A stretch of DNA of 64,000 nt from Thermodesulfobacteriota bacterium (GTDB lineage: Bacteria > Desulfobacterota_D > UBA1144 > Nemesobacterales > Mycalebacteriaceae). The notes under the pieces are model-generated. The model did no database searches. It had not been told where the DNA came from and saw only the letters and a program-made list of their open reading frames with translations. Below, in pieces: positions 9,081 to 18,552 of this stretch (its first letter is position 1; the number at the start of each line of letters is the position of its first letter). The position numbers were made by a program, and so were the translations under genes. Location of the stretch: the NCBI GenBank assembly GCA_965205855.1, contig OZ242184.1:1184001-1248000 (forward strand), in the 5' to 3' direction.

Positions 9081-11078
9081 TTAAGCATTAAGCACAAGGT
9101 CCACAATATCACCCATTATACGCGTCAGGGAAAAGTCTTTCGGGGTGTAGACCTTCTTCACACCGGACTTGATAAGTTTTTTCGCATCTTCGTCGGGTAT
9201 TATCCCGCCGGTTATTACAGGAGTGTCCGCCATGCCCCTTTTTTTGAGCATTTTCATTATTCGCGGAACCACGGTGTTGTGTGAACCGGAAAGTATGCTG
9301 AGGCCGATTATGTCAACATTTTCCTGCTCCGCCGCGTTGACTATCTGCTCTGGTGTGAGGCGGATTCCCTGATAAAGAACCTCCATCCCCATGTCTCGCG
9401 CACGAACCGCTATTTGCTCGGCGCCGTTGGAATGGCCGTCAAGCCCTGGCTTGCCTATCAGGATTTTTGGCGGTCTGCCAAGCGCTTCTTTTATTCGTTT
9501 GACCGACACTCTGATGCGCCGTTCATCATCGGGCTGTTTGTCGCGTGAGAGCTCAACGGACACCCCCGTGGGAGCCCTGTATTCACCAAATTCCTTTCTA
9601 AGCGCATCCGACCACTCCCCCGTCGTAACGCCCGCGCGCGCGCATTCAATGGACGGCCGCATTATGTTTTTTCCACCGCGAGCCGCCAAAGAAAGCTCAA
9701 TGAGTGATTTCTCCGCCTTTTTCGTGTTTCTTTTTTTTCTGAACGCCTTAAGACGTTTTATCTGATCTTTTACAAGACCGGGGTTAACTTTGTGGATTGA
9801 GCTCTCAAGCGATTCCGTAAGCGGGGAGTTCTCCGTTTCTTCAAAACTGTTCACACCAACCCGCAAAATTTCTCCCGTCTCAATAGCCGCAAGACGCTTC
9901 GCGTTTGAGGCAACAAGGCTTTCTTTCATATAGTTAATGCTCTCAAGTGCGCCGCCCATACGGGCAATCTTCCGAGCCTCGGCAAGTGCGTCTTTTTTAA
10001 GTGCCTTAACTTTGGTACCTATAACTTTTGAGCCGTCAAAAATGTCCTGATATTCAAGAAGGTCAGTCTCAAAGGCCAGTATTTGCTGGAACCTCAGAGA
10101 CCACTGCTGGTCCCAGGGACGGGGAAGCCCGAGCGCCTCATTCCATGCGGGCAGTTGAATGGCTCTGGCTCTCGCGTTTTTTGAGAGCGTAACATCAAGC
10201 ATCTGAAGAATTATCCGCGCCACATTGTTTTCCGGCTGGTCCGCGGTCAATCCCAGAGAGTTAACCTGAACCCCGTATCTGAATCTGCGGAGTTTTTCAT
10301 CTTTCACGCCATACCTGTTCGCCGTTACTTCATTCCATATCTCCGTGAACACGCGCAGTTTACACATCTCTTCCACAAAACGAATCCCCGCGTTCACAAA
10401 AAATGATATTCTGCCGACAACTCCGGGAAAGTCCTTTTCGGAAATCACCCCGCTCTCTCTTACAGCATCAAGCACGGCGGTGGCGGTTGAAAGCGTATAG
10501 GCAATTTCCTGAACCGGAGTCGCCCCCGCTTCCTGAAGATGGTAACTACAAATATTTATGGGGTTCCATTTCGGCACTTTCACATAGGAATAGGCAATCA
10601 TATCTGCGATAAGCCGCATTGAATGCTTCGGCGGAAAAATATAAGTGCCTCTGGAAAGATACTCTTTGATTATATCATTCTGAGTGGTCCCTTGGAGCAG
10701 GGAGGGTTTTGTCCCGCGCTTTTCGGCAACCGCCACATAAAGCGCAAGCAACCACGCGGCGGTCGCGTTTATGGTCATTGAGGTATTCATCTTCTCAAGA
10801 GGAATTTCCTCAAAAAGCGCTTCCATATCATCAATATGACAGACCGGAACCCCGACCTTGCCAACCTCGCCTTCGGCAAAAGGACTGTCGCTGTCGTATC
10901 CGGTCTGTGTCGGCAGGTCAAAGGCGACACTGAGCCCCGTCTGCCCCTTTTCAAGGTTTTTCCTGTAAAGCCTGTTGGATTCTTTCGCCGTTGAGTGCCC
11001 AGCGTATGTGCGCATTATCCACGGACGGTCTTTTGTGACACCGGCCTCGGGAGCTTTCCCGTTTTTCAGTTTAGACAT
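9081..11078 (-). CDS. ecm: Ethylmalonyl-CoA mutase (MeaA/Ecm), B12-dependent
   Basis: PWIMRTYAGHS and VQVNSLGLT (Ecm-type signatures versus RQYAGF/HCQTSG in MCM); C-terminal B12-binding GLDGHSNG. Confidence 0.92.
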   Translation of the reverse strand: MSKLKNGKAPEAGVTKDRPWIMRTYAGHSTAKESNRLYRKNLEKGQTGLSVAFDLPTQTGYDSDSPFAEGEVGKVGVPVCHIDDMEALFEEIPLEKMNTSMTINATAAWLLALYVAVAEKRGTKPSLLQGTTQNDIIKEYLSRGTYIFPPKHSMRLIADMIAYSYVKVPKWNPINICSYHLQEAGATPVQEIAYTLSTATAVLDAVRESGVISEKDFPGVVGRISFFVNAGIRFVEEMCKLRVFTEIWNEVTANRYGVKDEKLRRFRYGVQVNSLGLTADQPENNVARIILQMLDVTLSKNARARAIQLPAWNEALGLPRPWDQQWSLRFQQILAFETDLLEYQDIFDGSKVIGTKVKALKKDALAEARKIARMGGALESINYMKESLVASNAKRLAAIETGEILRVGVNSFEETENSPLTESLESSIHKVNPGLVKDQIKRLKAFRKKRNTKKAEKSLIELSLAARGGKNIMRPSIECARAGVTTGEWSDALRKEFGEYRAPTGVSVELSRDKQPDDERRIRVSVKRIKEALGRPPKILIGKPGLDGHSNGAEQIAVRARDMGMEVLYQGIRLTPEQIVNAAEQENVDIIGLSILSGSHNTVVPRIMKMLKKRGMADTPVITGGIIPDEDAKKLIKSGVKKVYTPKDFSLTRIMGDIVDLVLNA

Positions 11079-11104
11079 CTTCAAAACCCCACCACATACA
11101 GTCT

Positions 11105-11132
11105 AATCTAAAGATGAAGTGGGGTAAGTCAA
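11105..11132 (-). promoter_or_regulatory. sigma70-type promoter TTGACT-16-TAGATT upstream of ecm
   Basis: Near-consensus hexamers in the intergenic region. Confidence 0.5.
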
Positions 11133-11176
11133 GAAAGAGTCTGGACGCTTTGAAACGGTAATGCGACGCGGGCCTG

Positions 11177-11569
11177 TTACCCTATCAACACGTCTTTGAG
11201 CAGGGAACGGGCTTTTTTATTGTCTCTGGTAACAAGAGCCACAAGGGAATTGTCCCCCTCCCTGTTTACTATATGCATACTGTGAATGTCTATCTCCGCG
11301 TCTTTAAGCCTACCCGCGATTCCCGCAAGAGAGCCGGGCTTGTTTGCAAGTCTGATAACAAGGGATTCCTCCGACACCGCCTTGAAGCCGCAATCACTCA
11401 GAGTTTTGAGCGCCTTGTCATAATTGTCCGTTTTTATTATCACAGCGCCGTGGGATGAGAAACCACTTGTGTCAAGCTGTTCAATGTTTATGTTTTTTTC
11501 CGCGAGAATACGGCTTATATCCGCTATAACGCCCACTCTGTTGGTGCTTATGACAACTATCTGTTTCAT
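11177..11569 (-). CDS. Tandem ACT-domain protein
   Basis: Two ACT motifs (NRVGVIADISRILAEKNINI; NKPGSLAGIAGRLKDAEIDI); ATGA overlap with the decarboxylase. Confidence 0.85.
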   Translation of the reverse strand: MKQIVVISTNRVGVIADISRILAEKNINIEQLDTSGFSSHGAVIIKTDNYDKALKTLSDCGFKAVSEESLVIRLANKPGSLAGIAGRLKDAEIDIHSMHIVNREGDNSLVALVTRDNKKARSLLKDVLIG

Positions 11570-12765
11570 TTCCGAGCGCTCACTTTTCCACTTTTTTGAA
11601 GGTCTTGCGCTATCTCCCGCGCAACGACTCCTATTTTTTCAACGCTGAGGTGAGGGTGCGTAATTATATGCGATATGTCATCTTTTGAAGCAAGTTGCCA
11701 CTCTCGTGTCACTTTCTCCGAAGGACGCGGAAAAACAACCGTGAGAGAGTTTTCATTGCGCCACGCCTCCACCCCTTGCTCACCGAATTTTTCTATAAGA
11801 AACTGAGCACGCCGGATTGAATCCCTGACAAGTTTTTTGAGCCCCGCGACACCGTAGCGTTTGACTGCGTACCATATGAGAAGAGGTGCGAGCGCGCTTC
11901 TTGAGCCGGCTATTGTCGTATCGAGAGCGCCCACATACTCAATGTTACGGGCTATGAGGTCTACATTTTCTTTTTTCGCCACAACCACTCCGCACGGGAA
12001 AGGACTACCAATCATCTTGTGTCCGCTTATGGCAATGCTGTCAACTCCGGTCGGAAAGCCGAAGGGAGGAGGGTTGCTCACAAAAGGAATCACCATTCCG
12101 CTCAGTGCGGCGTCGCAGTGAATATAAGACTTTGTAATTGCGAAATCGGAGAGAATGGAGCGGATTTGCACTATGTCATCAGTCGCTCCGGTCATTGTTG
12201 TGCCCACGGTTGCGCAAACTATTGTCGGCCGGTCTCTGTGAATCCTCACGGTTTCCCTGAAGTCTTCGCAGTCCATCTCACCGCCGGGAGCACTTCTTAT
12301 CATTATATGGCGTGTTCCAAGAAGTCTCATTATTTTGGGAACACTGTAGTGCGTATCCTCGGAGAAATACATTATCGCTCCCTTGCCCATCAACTCTCTC
12401 GCAATGTAAAGCCCGTAAAGGTTCCCTTCGGTTCCTCCGGAGGTCATATAACCCCAACTGTTGTCTTTGGGAGCCTTTGTTATGCCGGCAAAAAAATGAA
12501 CCATTTCACGCTCTATCGCATGAGTGTTAAGTCCGAAGTTAGTACCACCGAACGGGTCTCCTACATTGTTCATACCGAATTCCATAAATCTGAAAAGCTC
12601 GGAGTAGTCAAACGACATATTGCACGGATAGCCCGCATGTTTGTCGCACGCTTTGTTCATGGAATCATAAAGCCTGTCAAGACGTTTTCTGTCTCCGGCG
12701 GGTAGGGGATTGGGATAGATCTGTTTGCGGGAAGAAACCTTGCCTTTGTGTCTGCGCGATTCCAC
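11566..12765 (-). CDS. hdc: Group II PLP decarboxylase, histidine decarboxylase / serine decarboxylase family
   Basis: GYP.N..FDY, NNVGDP, WGYMTSGGTEGNLYG, THYS, HCDAAL, SGHKMIGSPFPCG, DTTIAGSR. Confidence 0.8.
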   Translation of the reverse strand: MESRRHKGKVSSRKQIYPNPLPAGDRKRLDRLYDSMNKACDKHAGYPCNMSFDYSELFRFMEFGMNNVGDPFGGTNFGLNTHAIEREMVHFFAGITKAPKDNSWGYMTSGGTEGNLYGLYIARELMGKGAIMYFSEDTHYSVPKIMRLLGTRHIMIRSAPGGEMDCEDFRETVRIHRDRPTIVCATVGTTMTGATDDIVQIRSILSDFAITKSYIHCDAALSGMVIPFVSNPPPFGFPTGVDSIAISGHKMIGSPFPCGVVVAKKENVDLIARNIEYVGALDTTIAGSRSALAPLLIWYAVKRYGVAGLKKLVRDSIRRAQFLIEKFGEQGVEAWRNENSLTVVFPRPSEKVTREWQLASKDDISHIITHPHLSVEKIGVVAREIAQDLQKSGKVSARK

Positions 12766-12957
12766 TGCCCCATAATTATATATGAATATGGCATCGGTAT
12801 TGATTTACTTTGCCGGCCGTTGAATTTTCTGTCCGTTTTTTAAGTTCGCGCGGTTCAAAACCAACTGCGGAAATCTGTCCCTGTGCGGGTTGCATTTCAA
12901 ATTTTCGCCATATTATGTTATATAGTTAGCCCTGATTTACCGGACAGGTAACAAACT

Positions 12958-13998
12958 ATGATAGTTGTAATGAAAAACACCGCCACCCGCGAGGAGATTG
13001 AGAAAGTCACTTCCGCAATTCTGGAACTCGGCTATAAACCGCAGTCCATCGAGGGAGTTGTCCACACGGTTATAGGGGTTGTCGGAGAAAACAAAAACAA
13101 AGCCGCACATAAGGAAAGACTTGCCCTGATAAGCGGAGTGGAGAAGGTCGTGCCGATTCTCCAGCCGTATAAACTGGCAAGCCGTGAAGTTAAAGAGCAC
13201 ACATCCGAAGTTAAGGTTGAAAACATAAAAATCGGCGGCAGGGAAATAGTCATGATAGCCGGTCCCTGCTCGGTTGAGAGCGAGGAACAGATAATGACGA
13301 TAGCGAAAGCCGTCAAATCCGCCGGCGCGTCAATGCTTCGGGGCGGGGCTTACAAGCCGCGAACATCGCCGTACTCTTTTCAAGGTCTCGGACAGGAAGG
13401 CCTTGAACTGATGCTTCAGGCGAAAAAGGAAACCGGACTGCTTCTCGTAACGGAAATAATGGACACAAGCGATATAGACAAACTTGACAAATATGCTGAT
13501 ATGCTTCAAATAGGAGCGAGAAACTCCCAAAACTACTCGCTTCTGAAAGTTATCGGAAGGTCGGACAAACCGGTGCTGCTCAAGAGAGGGCTGTCAACAA
13601 CAATAAACGAATTTCTTATGTGCGCCGAATACATTCTTTCCGAAGGCAACTCCAATGTTGTGCTGTGTGAAAGAGGAATACGGACTTTTGAAACCTCCAC
13701 AAGAAATACTTTTGATCTTAACGCAATACCGGTTCTGAAAGAAAAAACGCATCTTCCGGTTATCGCGGACCCGAGCCACGGAACCGGATACTGGAACTAT
13801 GTTACTCCCATGGCAATGGCGGCAGTGGCAGCCGGGGCCGACGGGCTGATGGTGGAAGCACACAACGAACCGGAAAAAGCGTTCAGCGATGGCGGACAGT
13901 CTCTTAAGCTGAAAAAATTTGAGGACCTGATGAGAAAAACCGCTCCCGTGGCGAAAGCCGTGGGCAGAAAGCTGAAAAAACCCGCACGGGTCAGCTGA
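12958..13998 (+). CDS. aroF: DAHP synthase type I-beta with N-terminal regulatory domain
   Basis: MIVVMK start, IAGPCSVES, KPRTSPYSFQGLG, LCERGIRTFE, DPSHGTG. Confidence 0.95.
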   Translation: MIVVMKNTATREEIEKVTSAILELGYKPQSIEGVVHTVIGVVGENKNKAAHKERLALISGVEKVVPILQPYKLASREVKEHTSEVKVENIKIGGREIVMIAGPCSVESEEQIMTIAKAVKSAGASMLRGGAYKPRTSPYSFQGLGQEGLELMLQAKKETGLLLVTEIMDTSDIDKLDKYADMLQIGARNSQNYSLLKVIGRSDKPVLLKRGLSTTINEFLMCAEYILSEGNSNVVLCERGIRTFETSTRNTFDLNAIPVLKEKTHLPVIADPSHGTGYWNYVTPMAMAAVAAGADGLMVEAHNEPEKAFSDGGQSLKLKKFEDLMRKTAPVAKAVGRKLKKPARVS

Positions 13999-14593
13999 AA
14001 CACACATTACCGTTCAAAAGACTTATTCGTCCGGTGGCAAAAAGCCCGATTATTTCAGGGTATATCTTGTGCTCTTCGGTATGTATTTTTTCAATAAGCG
14101 TCTCTTCCGTGTCATCCGGCTCTATGGAAACAACCGACTGTTTTATCATGGGCCCGGTGTCTATTCCCTTATCAACAAAATGCACCGTGCAGCCCGTTTT
14201 CTCCGCTCCCGAATCAAGGGCGCGCTTAACCGCATGAGAGCCCGGAAAAGCGGGAAGAAGCGAGGGATGGATGTTTATTATCTTTCCGGCAAAACGACCG
14301 ACAAAAAAAGGGGACAGAACTCTGACAAAACCGGCCAAAGCTATCAGGTCGGGATTGTATTTTCCAAGACGTGAAACCAACTCCGCCTCAAAATCATGGC
14401 GTGAGGAAAAAAGGCCCCGGTCAATAACCTCAACGCTCAATCCACCCGAACGCGCCCTTTCAATGGCGTGCGCCCCGGGATTGTCACACACAACCGGAAC
14501 CAGTCTAACACCGGCAATCGCGGCGTCCATAATTGCCTGAAGATTGCTTCCATCGCCTGACACAAAAACAGACACTGTGTAAACGGCGGACAT
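13991..14593 (-). CDS. purN: Phosphoribosylglycinamide formyltransferase
   Basis: SG.GSNLQA, LAGF, NIHPSLLPAFPG, TGCTVHFV..GIDTGP, EH. Start set at ATG 14593 because the longer ORF overlaps the 5S rRNA. Confidence 0.95.
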   Translation of the reverse strand: MSAVYTVSVFVSGDGSNLQAIMDAAIAGVRLVPVVCDNPGAHAIERARSGGLSVEVIDRGLFSSRHDFEAELVSRLGKYNPDLIALAGFVRVLSPFFVGRFAGKIINIHPSLLPAFPGSHAVKRALDSGAEKTGCTVHFVDKGIDTGPMIKQSVVSIEPDDTEETLIEKIHTEEHKIYPEIIGLFATGRISLLNGNVCFS

Positions 14594-14608
14594 TATTGGT
14601 GTAAAGAA

Positions 14609-14725
14609 CCAAGGCGGCAACCTACTTTCCCACTCCCGCAGGGAGCAGTATCATCGGCCCAAAAGAACTTAACTTCCGGGTTCGGAATGGAGCCGGGTGT
14701 TTCCTCTCTGGTATAGCCACCCAGA
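14609..14725 (-). rRNA. rrf: 5S ribosomal RNA (orphan)
   Basis: Minus strand reads UCUGGGUGGCUAUA..GAAACACCCGGCUCCAUUCCGAACCCGGAAGUUAAG..GCCGAUGAUACUG..GGGAAAGUAGGUUGCCGCCUUGG, matching conserved 5S motifs; about 117 nt with pairing ends. Confidence 0.95.
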
Positions 14726-14735
14726 TTCGGATGGT

Positions 14736-14763
14736 ACTTTATCACAGTGTTCGGGGTTGTCAA
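14736..14763 (-). promoter_or_regulatory. Promoter for the 5S rRNA: TTGACA-16-(TGn)TAAAGT
   Basis: Perfect -35 and extended -10 ending about 10 nt before the 5S 5' end. Confidence 0.65.
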
Positions 14764-16158
14764 TTAAGCATAGAGTCTAATTCGGGACTTTCTGCTGTTT
14801 CTTTTGAGTTTGCTGAGAGACTTCACCTCTATCTGCCTAACCCTCTCCTTTGTGATTCCAAGTCTCTGTCCTATCTGCTCAAGCGTATATTCTTTTTCTT
14901 CTCCGATTCCGAAACGCATCTTAATAACTTTCCGTTCATTGGAACTGAGAACCATAAGCGCCTTGCGGACAAGCTTTTTGAACTCTTTTTCCTCAACAAT
15001 CTCGGACGATATATCCTCATGACGGTCTTCTACAAAATCCAGTATTGTGGCGTTGTCGTCGTTCCCGGTTCCGACCGACGCGTCAAGCGAGAGAGTGCTT
15101 TTGGTAAGGTTAATGGTTTTTGAAATCTGCCCGGGAGCCTGGTCAAGCATTTCCGCAATGTCTTCAATTGAAGGTCGTTTTCTCATTTTTTGAGATAAAA
15201 ACCGCTTGATTTTGTATATCTTGTTCACACTCTCCACCATATGGACGGGTATTTTGATAATCCTTGACTGTTCGGCAATGGCACGTGTTATCGCTTGCAT
15301 TATCCACCAACTCGCGTGAGTTGAAAACTTGTTCCCCCTGCGGTACTCAAACACATCAACCGAATACCTGAGACCGATATTGCCCTCCTGAATCAGGTCA
15401 AGAATGTGAAGCCCGCGGTTTTTATATTTGTTCGCAATACTCACCACAAGACGGAGGTTTGACTCCACAAGTTTCTTTCTGTTGCGCGCCACCTCTTTAC
15501 AAGACGAGCGAAGTTCTTCAAGAAAACCCGCTAATTCTTCGGGCTTTTGAGGAAGACAGCGCCTGTGCAATTTTGCCAGACTCTTTTTAATTTCATCTTT
15601 TTCCCGCGCCGTGCGCGCCGACTTCATTGAAGCAGCGGTCGTATCTATTTCCCTGACAAGCTCCCCGGCGTAGTCTTGAAGCGCTTCAATACGGCGTTTG
15701 AAAAAAAGGTTGTGCTGACGGTTCATATTTTTGAGAAGTTCAATCTTCTTCTTTTTGTTTCGGGACTTTTTGCGCGAAATCTCACGCAAAGTCCCGCCGG
15801 ATTTTTTTGTTTCGGCAATTTTTTTCTCAAGTTTTTCTGATTGTTCGACATACTCAAAGAAACTGGCGTACATCTCTTTGTAGTTTGCCGACGCCTTTTT
15901 TTCCGCCTCGGAAACGCCCTCTGACTCGCAGTTGCAGAAATTTCGAATCATAAAAATGGACCCGAGAAGCGACAGCGCAACTCTTTCTTTTGATTTTTCA
16001 AGGTCTCTTGCTATCCGTATCTCCTGCTCTTTTGTCAGCAGGGGATGCGACCAGATATCCTGAAGATAAGTTTGCATAGGGTCGCTGTCTGTAGACCCTC
16101 TCAAATCCGTAGCAATAGCAGAGGTCTTTCCGCCGTCAGACCCCTTGTTCCGGTACAT
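14764..16158 (-). CDS. rpoD: sigma70-family factor at the rpoD locus (no region 1.1; possible ATA start at 16203)
   Basis: Region 1.2 DPMQTYL..PLLT, NLRLVVSIA, DLIQEGNIGL, WW.QAITRAIA, IPVHM, YTLEQIG..TKERVRQIE; follows rpsU-dnaG. Confidence 0.88.
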   Translation of the reverse strand: MYRNKGSDGGKTSAIATDLRGSTDSDPMQTYLQDIWSHPLLTKEQEIRIARDLEKSKERVALSLLGSIFMIRNFCNCESEGVSEAEKKASANYKEMYASFFEYVEQSEKLEKKIAETKKSGGTLREISRKKSRNKKKKIELLKNMNRQHNLFFKRRIEALQDYAGELVREIDTTAASMKSARTAREKDEIKKSLAKLHRRCLPQKPEELAGFLEELRSSCKEVARNRKKLVESNLRLVVSIANKYKNRGLHILDLIQEGNIGLRYSVDVFEYRRGNKFSTHASWWIMQAITRAIAEQSRIIKIPVHMVESVNKIYKIKRFLSQKMRKRPSIEDIAEMLDQAPGQISKTINLTKSTLSLDASVGTGNDDNATILDFVEDRHEDISSEIVEEKEFKKLVRKALMVLSSNERKVIKMRFGIGEEKEYTLEQIGQRLGITKERVRQIEVKSLSKLKRNSRKSRIRLYA

Positions 16159-16199
16159 ATCCTCGTTCCAGTTCGCCTTTGCCGCTTTGGTCTTGGTTG

Positions 16200-17966
16200 C
16201 TATGACAAACCCTCCATTATAAGTTTTTTACGCTCAAGCAATTCCCCGTAATGTTTCATAAGTTCCTGTTCGCGCGCCGAGTCGCCAGTGTCGCCGGATT
16301 CTAGAACCCTCAGGGTCTCTCTTATGGATTTCAGCTCCTTCCCTATGACATCCAGTTTCAGTCTCACAAGGCATTTTTCAACCTCAACCCCAACATTGCT
16401 CCGGTCCATAAAATCTATTGTGTCAAGAGTGAACTGCGCCTGAGAGAGCAATTCGTTCGCGTCACGCACGGAAGCGCCTCCAGAGCCGGCAATCCCCGAA
16501 GCGTGAATTGAGGATATGATGTCCTTGACCGTGCCGTCGGGTATGTTTTTCATTACCTTTTCCCCGCAAAGAAACTCCGCCATATCGGGAAACTTCAAAG
16601 CGATTCTCAACAACATCATTTCCGCGGAGCTCACCGCCGGCCGGTCGCAATCTCCATCCTTGCGCGAACCGAAATTTGAAAGCGATGGCGCTTTTCCCGA
16701 GGAAGAAACCATTGAGTAAAGGTCATTTTCCCTGAACCCGAACCTGCGTGAAACTTCCCTTACATAAGGACCTGTCTCCGGCGAGTCTCCAAGTATTGTA
16801 ACAACGGACATGAGTCTCTTGGCGGCGGTGGGACGGGAAACCTTTTTCTCGGATATCGCGTCCGATATGTCATCCATAAGAACCTCGGTAATGGAAGCCG
16901 CGTCCTGAACAAGGGCGTGAAGCGCTTCCGAGCCGCTTTCCCTTGCGAACTGGTCGGGGTCAAGACCCTGCGGAACCCGCGCCACTCGGGGAACAACGCC
17001 GTTTGCCATAAAAATCTCTCCCGCAGTGAAAGAGGAATCCATCCCGGCTCTGTCTCCGTCATATAAAATCACAATATCATCCGCGTACCGTCTGAGAAGG
17101 CTCACCTGATTCCTTGTAAGCGATGTTCCAAGAGATGCCGCGACGTTTTTAACCCCGGCGGCATATGCGGAAAGAAGGTCAGTATAACCCTCAACAAGCA
17201 CGGCGGTTCCAGACTTTCTAATCTCCTGCCCCGTCTTGTTAAGCCCGTAAAGCAAATTTCTTTTCCTGTAAACCACAGACTCGGAAGAATTTAGGTATTT
17301 TGGCGCACGGCCGCCGGTGTCCAGTATTCTGCCGCCAAACCCCGCAACCTTGGAATTCGGAGTGAATATTGGAAATATCACCCTGCCGCGAAATTTCCCG
17401 TATGCCCCTTTAGAATCGTCTCCTCCGGAAAGCAGGCCGACCTGAAGGGCGAGTTTCCGGGAGAATCCGCCGTCTGAGAGAAAATTCACAATTGCATCGC
17501 CAGAAAGAGGCGCGTAGCCTATTGAAAAATGCTCCGCAATACCGGAGGTAATCCCCCTCTGCTTCAGATACGAAAGAGCCTTGCGCGCTTCGGAAGAACC
17601 GTTGGTGAGAGACTTACGGAAAAAGCCACAAACCGCTTTGTTCATTGAAAACAGAGTTTCATTTGCGGATATGCGCCCCGTGTTTTTCTCCAACTCAACC
17701 CCAGCCCTCTCGGCGACTTCGGAAAGTGCCTCTTTGAAGGTATAGCCTTTGATATTCTCGAGAAAGGCGTACACATCTCCGCCCGCTTTGCAACTGAAGC
17801 AGTAGAACATACCCTTTTCGTCATCGACGTGAAAGGAAGGGTTTTTGTCATCGTGAAAGGGACAGAGACCAGTGTATGATTTGCCCTTTTTTCTGAGAGA
17901 AACATAGCTACCGACAAAGTCGACTATGCTAACCATGCTTTTCAGTTCTGTTGCTGAAATTGGCAT
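16200..17966 (-). CDS. dnaG: DNA primase
   Basis: Zn ribbon CPFH..CFSC, FRGRVIFPI, GFGGR, KYLNS, TOPRIM VEGYTD and YDGD, DPD. Confidence 0.96.
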   Translation of the reverse strand: MPISATELKSMVSIVDFVGSYVSLRKKGKSYTGLCPFHDDKNPSFHVDDEKGMFYCFSCKAGGDVYAFLENIKGYTFKEALSEVAERAGVELEKNTGRISANETLFSMNKAVCGFFRKSLTNGSSEARKALSYLKQRGITSGIAEHFSIGYAPLSGDAIVNFLSDGGFSRKLALQVGLLSGGDDSKGAYGKFRGRVIFPIFTPNSKVAGFGGRILDTGGRAPKYLNSSESVVYRKRNLLYGLNKTGQEIRKSGTAVLVEGYTDLLSAYAAGVKNVAASLGTSLTRNQVSLLRRYADDIVILYDGDRAGMDSSFTAGEIFMANGVVPRVARVPQGLDPDQFARESGSEALHALVQDAASITEVLMDDISDAISEKKVSRPTAAKRLMSVVTILGDSPETGPYVREVSRRFGFRENDLYSMVSSSGKAPSLSNFGSRKDGDCDRPAVSSAEMMLLRIALKFPDMAEFLCGEKVMKNIPDGTVKDIISSIHASGIAGSGGASVRDANELLSQAQFTLDTIDFMDRSNVGVEVEKCLVRLKLDVIGKELKSIRETLRVLESGDTGDSAREQELMKHYGELLERKKLIMEGLS

Positions 17967-18039
17967 TTTACCGCAAAGGTTGAGCAAACTTCCCTTCTAC
18001 CACTCAAACACTCTGACTTTGTAAAGAAGAAACCGCGCG

Positions 18040-18222
18040 TCATCTTGATTTCCTCATGCGTTTTATGGCAGCCAGAACCTTTTTCTTTCTCTTCTGACTG
18101 GGCTTTTCGTAAAATTCTCTCCTGCGGACTTCGGAGACTACACCCGCTCTTTCAACCTGCTTTTTGAAACGCTTGAGAGCGCTGTCTATGCTTTCGCTTG
18201 AACCAACTGTTATGCCGGGCAT
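18040..18222 (-). CDS. rpsU: 30S ribosomal protein S21
   Basis: [21 protein letters not shown]. Confidence 0.96.
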   Translation of the reverse strand: MPGITVGSSESIDSALKRFKKQVERAGVVSEVRRREFYEKPSQKRKKKVLAAIKRMRKSR

Positions 18223-18270
18223 TAGTATCTCCCTGTCAAAAACTTTGAATTTAAAACCATCTTTGATAAC

Positions 18271-18299
18271 AAACTAAAACTAAAAATCCCCGATGTCAA
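18271..18299 (-). promoter_or_regulatory. rpsU operon promoter TTGACA-17-TAGTTT
   Basis: Perfect -35 with 17-nt spacer. Confidence 0.6.
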
Positions 18300-18308
18300 T
18301 GGAAGTTT

Positions 18309-18488
18309 CTACGATTCCGGTTTGTTTCGGTCAAAAATTTTTCCGAACATCTCCCGTTTTCGCATAACCTCTTCCTCTTCGGAAACCGGATTGTTTTGTC
18401 GTTCGGACGGGGCGGTTTCCCTTCTAGGCTTTTCAAGCCTGACGCTCCAGGGGTCCTGCTTATCGCGAATTTTTCTTATTAAACCCAA
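18309..18488 (-). CDS. Small hypothetical protein
   Basis: ORF filling the gap, TTG at 18488 preceded by GGAG; no recognisable family. Confidence 0.35.
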   Translation of the reverse strand: MGLIRKIRDKQDPWSVRLEKPRRETAPSERQNNPVSEEEEVMRKREMFGKIFDRNKPES

Positions 18489-18552
18489 CCCGTCTCCGCC
18501 TTTGTCAGCCGTGTTTGTACCACTCCTCGCAAGCATATAGAATTACCGTTAA

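Noticed and set aside
14594-14620. Longer purN start at 14620
   Set aside because: Overlaps the 5S rRNA 3' end; ATG 14593 fits PurN length.
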